A DNA stretch of 62,375 nt, counting the filler, from Choristocarpus tenellus KU-1152 (lineage: Eukaryota > Protista > Phaeophyceae): NCBI GenBank assembly GCA_964200185.2. It is 11 parts of 11 records of this genome, joined end to end, with 100 filler letters (N's around TTAATTAATTAA, not from the genome) between each part and the next. Parts side by side here need not be neighbours in the genome. Positions count along the whole stretch, not along the records: positions 46,784 to 52,846 come from CAXNAD020009035.1; positions 52,947 to 56,437 come from CAXNAD020019663.1; positions 56,538 to 62,375 come from CAXNAD020009634.1; 8 more parts are not named here. One strand, written 5' to 3'. Below the pieces are notes generated by a model that saw only the letters and a list, made by a program, of their open reading frames with translations, was not told the origin of the DNA and made no database searches. Both the position numbers and the translations under genes were made by a program. This document shows, piece after piece, positions 52,024 through 62,375 of the stretch. Numbering within the stretch: position 1 is the first letter of the stretch; each line of letters begins with the position of its first letter.

Positions 52024-54382
52024 CTTTTAATATGGGGTTGTAGGAGAGAGGGGCTTGGGGCTCCTCTCAGACCTACTAGATATTGTGAAGTTGGTATTAA
52101 TCAAAGAAGGTTTTCCAGAGGAGAAGAGGATAAGGGATTGTGGTTGAGCCAATTTAGTAGACTTCCTCTACCTCCAATTACTTGCTATAAATCTGTTCGA
52201 CAAAAAAAATGAAATTTATTACTTATTTTTGGAACTTCAACAATCAATAAGTATTTATTTTCATTAAACATCATAAATGGTGGAGTTTGTAGGTCTTGTT
52301 AGTTGAATTGTGCGGGGAAAAAAACAAAATATTAACATATTATTCGAAATGAATCATTATTTTCTGGTTTATTCACCCCTTCCTATAGTCATCTCTTCCT
52401 CTGTAGATTGACCACAAACCTTTTCCTTTTCCCAATACTACTCTATTAAATATTATTAAATATTATTATAATAGAGAGACATTTTTCAGATGTGTAAGAG
52501 AAAAAAGACCAATATCATAATCTTTCTAAAAATTGTACAATATTGTGAAACAGGTGGAAACAAACCGACAGGTTCTTCGAATCGAGCGTGGAGACCCGTA
52601 GGAGAAAAGGCCAAAGAGAGACAAAGTCAAAGAGGGAGAGAAATCCCTCACAAGATCACTACGAAAAGAGTGAACAAGTGGAAGAGTGAAGGAGGGGGGA
52701 TTTGGAAGGGCACTCCAAACCACCCAATCTTACTTCAAGCAGATGTTACCTTCAAGATGCAAAAACAAATGTCACATGAATATCACGATGTTCAAGATAG
52801 GTCACCTTCAGGGTATACCTTATACATGAAGTTCAAGATAGGTTACNNNNNNNNNNNNNNNNNNNNNNNNNNNNNNNNNNNNNNNNNNNNTTAATTAATT
52901 AANNNNNNNNNNNNNNNNNNNNNNNNNNNNNNNNNNNNNNNNNNNNCCCCAAACGCCCCAGGGGAAATGATTGGGGAGGGGATTTTTGGGGGGGGGGGGG
53001 GGGGGGGGGGGGGGACAACATGCATGAGTGACTTCATCACCAACTTTCAAGGACTATAATGGCACCAATGACAATTAGTCATGGATGGAGAAAAGCTCTG
53101 TTTTCACAGGCTTGTGCCATCAAGAATACTGTCCTCTGCTTGAGGTATATGTTTTGAAAGGTTGGAGACACAAGATCCACATCTTAAGAATATTGAGAAA
53201 AAATATAGTAACAGTCCAATAATAATATTACAATAGCTAAGAGGAGGCATTCGCCCTTCATCCTCCCATACCCCTCTCAATACTCACATTCACCAAAAAG
53301 GTACGCCCTACGAATTGAAAGGAGATGCGGTCTGTCAGATGTTCAAAGGTTCCCTCATGTTGCATTGAGAGCACCCACACAATGCACATAAATGGGCCAG
53401 AAAGATTTTATCTTAACAATTGAAACTCTCTCAAGCTCCATCCTCACTCCACCATGGTATGATACGCCAATACCGTCGATACATATCTACTGCAAAAAAA
53501 AAGAAGATTGAGAAGCTCAATCTATTACAAGTGATTGGTAATTGGTTTACTCATCCCATCAATAACCGATAGTCATCCAGGGATGTAACTGTCGATACTC
53601 AAGTAGTGGCATTCAGTCACAAGTATAGCACAACTAAAAGAAATCGCTAACTGTTACAATGGTCAGTTAACTGTCAGTTACAGATTATTACATCAGAAAG
53701 AAACGACACCATTATAACCCCCCCCCCCCCCACCCCCCCACGCACACATTTAGTTCGCAGTAATATTTGACGTTTCAAGAAAATGAGCGCCCTGCAACAT
53801 GACACGTTAAGCACCCTACCTCATCATTCCTGTCCATCCACTTACATCAAAAAGGGCAATTTCATCAAAATCTGCATTATGACGCGACCGTTGCCCTAAC
53901 CCCAAATGTCCCCCCTTTTCAACTCCAACCCTAACCCTAAATGTCCAACAATCATCTCCAGTAACATGCAGCACAAGCCTTTATCCCCAGGTGAACACAC
54001 ACTAACAGCACTGCCGCAGATAATAGTGGAATTGTGTAGGAAGCAGAACAAGAAAACCTCCAACACAAAGGACTCCCTGTATGTAGCAAGCATATCGCCA
54101 ACCTGTCTATTCCACCGCCACCATGCTTCCATACTGCCCTATCAGGTTGCATAACGCCCCTCATAATAAGAGCAATAAAATGTATTATGCAGTACCTGTT
54201 TATGGGATACTCCATGCATCTTACGTACACATGCGCACACTACTCTTACAAATTGATACCACATGGTATATGAGAGGTAAAAAATAGACGCCTCTTCAAG
54301 ACTACACAAAACAATCGGAAGTGTAAAACATAAAAAAAATTACGTAAACAGAGAGGGGGGGGGGGAGGGGCATAAAACCCAC

Positions 54383-54481
54383 CTTTTCAGTGCGCTCCTT
54401 GATGTTCTTCAACTTCACCACGCCTTCCTTCACCTCAGTCTCCCCCAAAATCACCATGAATGGGATCCCACGCACTAGGAC
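54383..54481 (-). CDS. HARS: Histidyl-tRNA synthetase, anticodon-binding-domain exon
   Basis: AG...GT-bounded 99-nt exon encoding VLVRGIPFMVILGETEVKEGVVKLKNIKERTEK, matching the class IIa HisRS C-terminal pattern GIP-h-h-h-h-GE-x-E-h-x-x-G-x-V-x-h-K. Flanking exons were not located. Confidence 0.7.
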
Positions 54482-54627
54482 CTACAGATGACACCACAGC
54501 AAGAGTATAGTATGGTGTATAGTATAATAAATATTTAGGTGAAAATATATATTGAATTAACATGGAACCTATTAAAAGGGATGTGAACATGAGAGGAGGA
54601 GCCAATTCCACCTCAAACCGCCATCAT

Positions 54628-54738
54628 CAATACTACTAATACCACTGATAATATAAATACTATTAATAACACTAATACTAATACTACTGACAATATAAAT
54701 ATTATTAATAACACTAATACTACTAATACCACTGATAC
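54628..54738. repeat. AT-rich ~42-bp minisatellite, ~2.5 units
   Basis: CTAATAC(C/T)ACTGA(T/C)AATATAAATA(C/T)TATTAATAACACTAATA repeated. Confidence 0.85.
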
Positions 54739-56335
54739 AACAGTGCGGTCAATCAACTTTGTCACAAGAGATCAGTGGAGCAGACACACCTCAAAAGGAT
54801 GGTGATCATCATCGTGTCATTTACGTGTGCACACATTATGCGCAGGAGGGGGTGAAAAGAAGGAGTAACATGTTCCTATACTTGCAGTACAAAACATGGA
54901 CGCATTCCAAAATGAAAGAATAATCTGAATATTCTAGAGTAGGGTTAGGGTTAGCAACAACATAACATTAGAAATAACAAAGTTGAAGTTGCACACCCAC
55001 CTTGACACCGTAGCTTTCTATTGATCAATCTAGCCCCATGGATTTCAATGGGAAACCTCCCCCTTCAACATATAGGCTGAACCAACAAACAAACATACAA
55101 CACAATCATTACTCTGGAGGGGGGGGGTTGGGGGGGTTGGGGGGGAGGCAGAGAATGGTAGATAACCTCAAGGCCATTTGTCATATAGACCACAATCATT
55201 TGTCATATACATCACAATCACAGATAACAAGCGAAAAAAACACACTGACTCAGATAGCAAGCAAACACAATGTTGTGTCACAATGGGAGTACAGGTACAA
55301 ATCAATAGAGACCTGGGTTTTGATTTGAAAAAAAACATTTGTCACATAAACCGTGAGGGCAGGGGCAGCTATGGTCAAAGGAGGACCAACATTCACATGT
55401 CAAATTGGGACACAGCGGCAGCCAAGAGACACAACCATTTCCACTTCAAACCATCTAAACGTCAGACAAAATCAGAGGCCAGGGAGCTAGCTAACCCAGC
55501 ATAAATTCGTGGACCATCACCCCACTAATCACACCCTCTCCTCCCTAGCAATCCTATCAACCTTCACGTTTCCTTTCCCCCCTTGGTCCATCTCAGGACT
55601 GCACTTCATCTATTTATCCTCCAATCAAAGGGAGTTGGGAAAGCAGTTCAGCTGGGATTCGATCTCTCAACCTCTGATTTTCTCAAAGTGGGTATCTTCC
55701 CTGGCGGAACAGTGGTGTATATCTCAATGTTTGACAAAGTTTAGTGCTTTGTATCACAAACCCTTCGCCAGTAATTTTCTCAAGAGATTGACTCTTGATT
55801 CTCCTATGCAGGGCAATCAATGCCTTGACGTACCTTATTCTCCTTCAGGGAACCCCCAAACAACTCTAGTGCAACAAGAAACAAGAAACAAACATCTGTC
55901 AATATTTTATTGTTCCGATCAAGACATCAAGACATCAAGAAAGATCCAAACGATCGATCTTCAAATAAATCCCCATCGTAATGTGAACGCCTCCACTAAG
56001 CCAAAACTAAAAACTCCATTCTGCTTCACTGGTAAATGTAGGTACACGGAGGAGGGGGGATTACAAACAAACAATAATAAACAATTGTCCCTCCTCCCCC
56101 ATCTTCCCCTCAGAAACAACACACAATACCTCAATCAAGCCTATCAAGGCACGTGTTACTTTAAATCCTCCTGACATATCAAAGTACAGGATGATTTACT
56201 CACCCAGAGAGGGACCTTCACGTGGAGGAGGTTAGGGTTAGCGTTGATCGTACTAACTACCAAATGCAATCACAACAAAAATAGGCAAATAACAAAATGG
56301 TCCAAGAGCATTTATTGGGTACAGTATGCAAGCCC

Positions 56336-56402
<67 letters not shown>

Positions 56403-56927
56403 GTGCGCTGGCAGACGGACCCGCCCGCGCACTTCTGNNNNNNNNNNNNNNNNNNNNNNNNNNNNNNNNNNNNNNNNNNNNTTAATTAATTAANNNNNNN
56501 NNNNNNNNNNNNNNNNNNNNNNNNNNNNNNNNNNNNNCTCTACAGACACCAATCAATCTCGACGGGTTTATCACCTTTATCCTCTTTGATGATTTTGGGG
56601 ATACTTTAACATTATGGCCTGGTTTAGTTGTATAGGGGTGTTGCTTATTGAATTTTTAGAGAAACGGATAGTTTTGTGTACGATAAAGGACACACTTAGG
56701 CAGCGGAATGAAAGAATGGGATGCGCTTATTTGCCGCATGTAAGTTGTGAAATATTATGTGAAAGGTGTCAAGTGGTGGTTGCAGATTGGGAGAACAAAA
56801 TGACACTAGTTTGGATATCAGGATTGGACGTAAAGGGAGGAATTTATTTGGGTTAGAGGGGATATAAGAGGAAATGTGACATCTGTATATGGACAGCGTG
56901 GATTCATTCGTGTGGGGCGTTGTTTTC

Positions 56928-58257
56928 TTAGAAGCAATAAGAAGCGTTACTCACCTTGTCCGTCCGTGACATGTGAATAGTTGGCACACCATCAACGAAG
57001 CTAGCACTCAGCACCTGGAAGTCTTCAGTGACAAAGACGATCTCATCTCCAGCACTGAACATCCCTCCATAGCTGGAGTGGTGTCTGGCGTTCCATTGAA
57101 TCGTGTCCTTGCGGTGGACAGTGAACGGCAAGAACTCTATACCATTGTACTCCGATGACTGCGTCTGCACAATGTATATGTTCCCCTTGAGCCAAAGTAT
57201 CTTAGAGGGCAGAGCCGCGTCCATTTGAGGGTCAAAGTATAATGTTGTGATTTTGATGTACTTTTGGCTATCGTGTTTGTTAGGAAGTGTCAATATCTTT
57301 GTTTCGGACACACCTTTCATAACGTATACATTTTACTTACTCCGAAACATTTTGGGGTCGGAAAATGTCATAAAAAACCCCATGGGAAGCCAAGCCCCAT
57401 AAATGGACAAACAGGGAAAAATTCGTACCCCTTAAGATAGTTTCACTCCCTTGGCGAGCTGTCTCTTCTTCCTTGACAGCTGACTTCTCAGACACATATA
57501 ACCCGTTCCCATTTCCGTGGAAAATCCGAGGTGTATCTCCTTAAGTGGGGGCACGTGGGTTAGTTGCCACCTGCATTGGACGAGGTTGCCGATGGAACAG
57601 TTTGTGCAGTAGCACGACAGTTCGGTGTATATCAATGTACGGGAGTCTGCGGTGGTGAGCCGACCAGTGAGGAACCTGTGCATGGACTTGATTCCACTGA
57701 GGTTCGGGACACGTGGGTCGTGCCGTCTATCGCAGGCGTGGTTTATTTTGTACGTAATTTTATACCCAACCTAGTCACAGTAATCGAAACGACAGTTTGT
57801 CTTACCAAGAAAGGTATCAGTAGGAACATTGCTGAATAATGGGAACTGGGTCAGGATGCGAATTTTTTTTCTTAAGTGAAACATTTTCTAGCTGCAGCCC
57901 TGGTTCTCATCTTTCACGAATTTGCCAAAGTTTTCGTCGTCCCTGTTGATATCAGTGACTCGTTTAATTTGGCTCAGGGCATAGGAAGCAGTGCAACAGA
58001 TTTAGGTCTATCCCACAAACCCAGCCACACAAACAAAGGGCACGAAGGCCTTGAACGAGAAATGATGCATCATCGGTTTGCATACAAATGGAGTACTATT
58101 ATTGTTAGTACTGATAGCAGTAGGGTACTAGCGGTATCCATTTGTTATTGTCATGCATATTTTACTGGACTGGCATTTGTGCTTATGGTCTATCTAGAGC
58201 TCAAATGTGCGAACGAAATGACTCCTTAGACACTGAACCAATGGCGTCGTATGGAAC
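56928..58257 (-). pseudogene. DDE transposase-like remnant (Sola2-like C-terminal half) interrupted by a MITE
   Basis: Frames 57770-57449 and 57184-56928 join into 192 codons when the MITE at 57189-57448 and one CCTT TSD copy are removed. The peptide has LSGIKSMHRF, SCYCTNC...C and YGGMFSAGDEIV. An upstream piece at 58257-58201 reads PYDAIGSVSKESFR, resembling (HGKG)PCDGIGxxxKR. In-frame TAG at 57771-57773. Confidence 0.5.
57189..57448 (+). mobile_element. MITE family A inserted into a transposase-like reading frame
   Basis: GAGCCAAAGTATCTTAGAGGG...CCCCTTAAGATAGTTTCACTC, perfect TSD CCTT. Confidence 0.92.
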
Positions 58258-58264
58258 AAGCAAA

Positions 58265-58598
58265 GAGTCAAAGTAAAAGGGAGGTATCCAGAGTTGCATT
58301 TTGAGTCAAACCAGTTGAGACGTAAGTAAGCAGCAAGATTTTTCATTTTAAGAATCCTGGCAAAGGGAAGATAGGCAAAGGATGCTGACAATTAAGTGCA
58401 AAATTCGGATTTTTTTACAAGTAGTGCATACAGGATATTTTCTGAAATCTGTCGAAAAGACTCAAACGATAAGAGAAATCAGCACTCTCAAGTCAAACCT
58501 AGCGCTTCATCCATGGACGTACGGGTGAATTACAAAAAAAGAAAAAACTGGATTATAACGCAAACCCTCCAAAACCTGGGTGCCTATTACTTTAGCTC
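58265..58598 (+). mobile_element. MITE, module-Y type, with duplicated left end
   Basis: GAGTCAAA occurs at 58265 and 58303; ends CCTGGGTGCCTATTACTTTAGCTC; body is similar to 24610-24868. Confidence 0.75.
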
Positions 58599-60016
58599 AA
58601 GAAGAGGCCTGTCAGTTTCAGCGCAGGGAGGAACGACCAGATCGGTGACAGGCAGTTTCACCACCATCCTTGCTTCTGTCACTACTCAAAACAATAGTAG
58701 GGTCGTTTGGCGCACATAGCAGGGTATAGAGACCACTTTTCTAACTATTGCATTGTCTGTCTGTAATATAATCATTTGATGCTATGAAAAGAGGTTAAAT
58801 TGTACGACCATAGAACTCAACTCGACGGAATTCACTTTCGCTTGTAACAAAAGGAGAAGTACAGTGGATAGGATTAAAAGAAACTTTCAATTTCCAAGCA
58901 CACACAGAAGGACTTACACATAATAAGTTGCAATATGAAGGTATGGAGACTTGATGGAGGAAACCGTGAAAACTTGCTGTGAAGGAGGAGAAAAAGCAGA
59001 AAGGGATTGTAAAAAACTTGAATATATTCATGGGGCAGAAAAAAAAGTTGAACCCACCTCTCCCGACAAGGACGCCTAGCCCTAACCCTAGAGTGCAAAA
59101 ATAAGAAAAAAAGGTCTCATTACGAGGACTAAAAATAGAGGATGAATTTCCTCACAGAGTAGCTCCACCACCACCTGATGCCTACTATATACGAATCGAC
59201 AACCTAAGTGACAACATTTCCGTCCTCTATGCATTTGTCCTATCTATCTGCTACATATCGGTATGTATGCATTGCATTCAGTCCTATCAGTTATTGTGGC
59301 AACTGGGGGAGTGGGTCACTCTGTATTGTAGTTCTTGCTCTGTTTACTGCATCACACATAATATCTCGTACCCCTCAGCAATAACTTGCACAAAACTATC
59401 ATCAACCTTGTAAGAGGTCTTGTTTCTGTGAAGAGGGAGGTACTGTGACTGAACTGTTGGGACCATCAGCATGCAGGTACAGTACGGTATTGGGCACTGG
59501 TTGGGGAATTCATATCCATACTGAAAGCGGCTTTGCATAACAATGTAAGTTAGTTATGTCTGCAAAGTGGATAAAGTCAGATCCTTGCTACTGTAAGCTC
59601 TTGACACATCCAACCCAACCACTCATACAAGTATTGTCCAAGAGCAGTTGTAAAGGATAAAATATCACACATCGCTTTCCGTCACAATACAAACTCTTCC
59701 CCTTGCCATATACAACAAACGTTCTCCACTCACACCATAATTCTCACCCCTCTCCCCCCAGGAAAGGGTCAACATAATATCCTCCACTACGTAAGACATC
59801 AAAAACATGGCAGCATCCCTCTACCCAGACTCTCATCACCTAATGCACAACTCACTTCACATCAATTTCTAAGCATCCTCTCCAAACGCCCTCTATCTGC
59901 ACTGTGCCCATCTTGTGGTCTTGAGTAAGCCCATGAATGGGAGTGCAGCATTGCTACTAATACAGATGTGTGCATCTCAATAAATCTCAACTTGAACTTG
60001 GACTCCTTCTACATCT

Positions 60017-62237
60017 TCAATCTAAACCCATGTCACGCTTCAACCTCTTCAGCTCAATGTCTACAATTGGATCGTCAGCCCTCGTTCGAGTCCCAAGTGG
60101 AGGTGGGGGTGGTCGTGGTGATGTGGAACCAGTGCTGGCCCGTTGCCCAGTGGTCCCTTTGTTGGCACCTGTACTCCTTCTGTTTTCATTTGCGTTAGTG
60201 CTTGATCCTGCACTGGTCCCAGATCGTTCCCCATAATTTACACTTGAGGAGGAGGAACCAGTACCATAGGAAGAACTCTTGCCAGCAAGGATGGCGACCC
60301 TTTGCTCAAGTTTCTTGAGTCTACTGTCCGCCCTCTGACCAATAGGGAGGAAGGGCGTAAAGGAATGAGGAATCAGGAGCCAGGTCAGCCTACCAACTAT
60401 ACAGTTTACTATCTGGGCAAGTTAACAAATATTCCGCAGCAGACGAGCACCCTTGTCAACATAACCCACTACCACTATTTGCGTGTACATAGGAGCTCAC
60501 GTGCACGATTTAGGTTTGAACCTATGGTTTGGACCTGCGATATTTTTTCCAGTTGATAGGGAAAATCCAAATTTTTAGTGCAGTGTGACTCCCCGATGTC
60601 CACAGCTACAGGACAACTCTGTTACACAGGCATTCTAATATCTGCTGGTACCTTCAACTTTGTGGTTAGTATATATCTCCATGGCACTCTTGTCATGATT
60701 CCAAGAGGTGCGAAAGTTTCCTATCGTAACAATAGCACAGCTTTCGTTCACTCAGAGCACTACAGAGCGCTACGAAAAAATAGTATTTCATGTAGAAGCA
60801 GTGAGGTCTAGGCTGGGAAGTGGTTAGTTACGAGGTGGGGACAAAGGAACTTTCCGATATTGTAAACAACTTCAACAATACAGATACAAAAAAAAATTAT
60901 TTCATGTAGGAGCGGTGTGGTCTAGGCTGGGAGGTGGTTATGAGGTGGGGCAAAGGGATTTCGTGATACTGTGAACAAAGTCAACAATACAGATGCGTGT
61001 GTTCTGCAACCAACGATGCACAGTGCACAGCGGTACACTTCCTCCATCTTGCTCCGGTATTCTCACCTTTAGGTGCCCTTGCATTTCCTCACATCGGGCC
61101 TTGAGTCCTGCAGCACGTTCAATCAGGGCCATTTGACGATCAAGCTCATCAATGTCAGCTGCCTTTCCACCACCTGCCTTTGCTTTCACCACCTCTCTTG
61201 CCGCAGAAGCACTGTTGGAAAGCAAGCCCCCACACCAATGCCAAAAAAAAAATGGCGTTTTGCGCATGTGTGGGCATCCTCCGTAAGGTGTTTCTTGCAG
61301 ATCACAACAAACTATCGCTTAACGTTCAATTGGACAGACTACAACTAGACCAGCATACGCTTACAATGTTATGGCAATACGGTCACAACAGCACACACAA
61401 TGAATGTGTCTCCAAATACTTCACATCCTTTTCAATCTAGCACTACACACTACTTCAAATACTCTCAGTGTACTCCAGTCGATTGATTGTCAATGGATAA
61501 ATTCAACAGCAATCGAGTCTTCGTGCTGGTCCTCTTCTTCGGATTTGAAAAACTACTACTAACAATAGCCTGCTCGACAGTGTCCCAAGCCCTCTCGGTA
61601 AGGAAACAAAAGAGATAATTCCGAGTATTTCATGGGTATGTGACAACAAAATCTAGTCTAAGAGATACATTGCAGATACAGGCAAAGAATGCTGAAATGC
61701 ATGGCATCTACATAGCCTTCAAGTCACGTATCACCAAACACGCACCACCATCTCCTCTCCCCAGAATACATTCTCAGTCACGGGCATGCATGCAACAACT
61801 CGCATCAACACGGAAGAAATATCACAATATGCACTTTGATTGATCGATGGATCGACTGACAGACATCAGACATCCTATTTCACAATGTTCCACCCTATAC
61901 AAGGAAATCCTACTGCATAGACTACTTGCTAAAGAAAATGGGGTGGGGAAAGGTATTACAAAGATAAAACACTTGGGCTCATTTCCAACCACTACTGTGA
62001 CCAGAGAGGGACCTGCGAATTCAGACCAAGGCATTCCACAGTCTTTACGATCGTATCACACCGCCAACTGAAAACAAACTTTAACATCCAAGGACATCCC
62101 TCTGGAGGCCCTTGTTGGTCTTACACAGCAGAGATCTCTTGTCGTGCATACACACACCCAACCTCCGTTCACCTCTCAACCTCGAGCTTGATGACCCTCT
62201 TGCGAAGCTGCGACTTGAGCAATACCGTGCTGTCCAA
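60017..62237 (-). CDS. Coiled-coil protein, last three exons; ends in VDIELKRLKRDMGLD (PspA/Vipp1-like tail, also seen on algal J-domain proteins)
   Basis: Phase-compatible exons 62237-62173 (LDSTVLLKSQLRKRVIKLEVE), 61211-61067 (IDELDRQMALIERAAGLKARCEEM) and 60334-60017 (Ser/Gly/Pro-rich linker, terminal helix, TGA). The N-terminus lies outside the window. Confidence 0.7.
60775..60996. repeat. ~114-bp diverged tandem duplication in an intron
   Basis: TATTTCATGTAG...GGTCTAGGCTGGGA...TCAACAATACAGAT at 60784 and 60898. Confidence 0.9.
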
Positions 62238-62375
62238 CTGTCTCCCGACGGCACACCAACGACATTTCACAAAAGACACAAACAAACAAACAAACGGATG
62301 CAGTCAGGGGGGGGGGGGGGGGGGGGGGGGCAGGCAGACAAAACAAAATCGGGTGGGCTAGAGGCCGTACCACCG

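Noticed and set aside
55509-56174. 221-aa plus-strand ORF
   Set aside because: No recognisable motif or splice structure; probably intronic and antisense to the HisRS gene.
60082-60095. GTTCGAGTCCC B-box-like motif
   Set aside because: It lies within a coding exon on the opposite strand with no tRNA structure around it.

Overview
Eukaryotic, intron-rich genomic DNA. It is 11 short contigs joined by an artificial 100-bp linker (N44-TTAATTAATTAA-N44), so adjacency across linkers is not real synteny. Long GT-AG introns and many TTAGGG tracts suggest a stramenopile such as a brown alga or relative, but this is inference. Partial spliced genes were reconstructed exon by exon: a PP2C phosphatase, a CNNM/CBS metal transporter, WDR43/UTP5, UMP-CMP kinase, a copine, one HisRS exon and a coiled-coil protein. 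The non-coding space is dominated by about 20 copies of a modular MITE superfamily with GAGTCAAA...TTTGACTC-type ends and 3-4 bp target-site duplications (TSDs). One copy interrupts a Sola2-like transposase remnant; its reading frame is restored by precise excision and also by an introner-like GT-AG splice. Also present: a foldback element with TTAGGG-bearing arms, a splice donor formed by a telomeric repeat, and LTR, LINE and SINE remnants. All homology calls come from motif recognition by eye, not from database searches.
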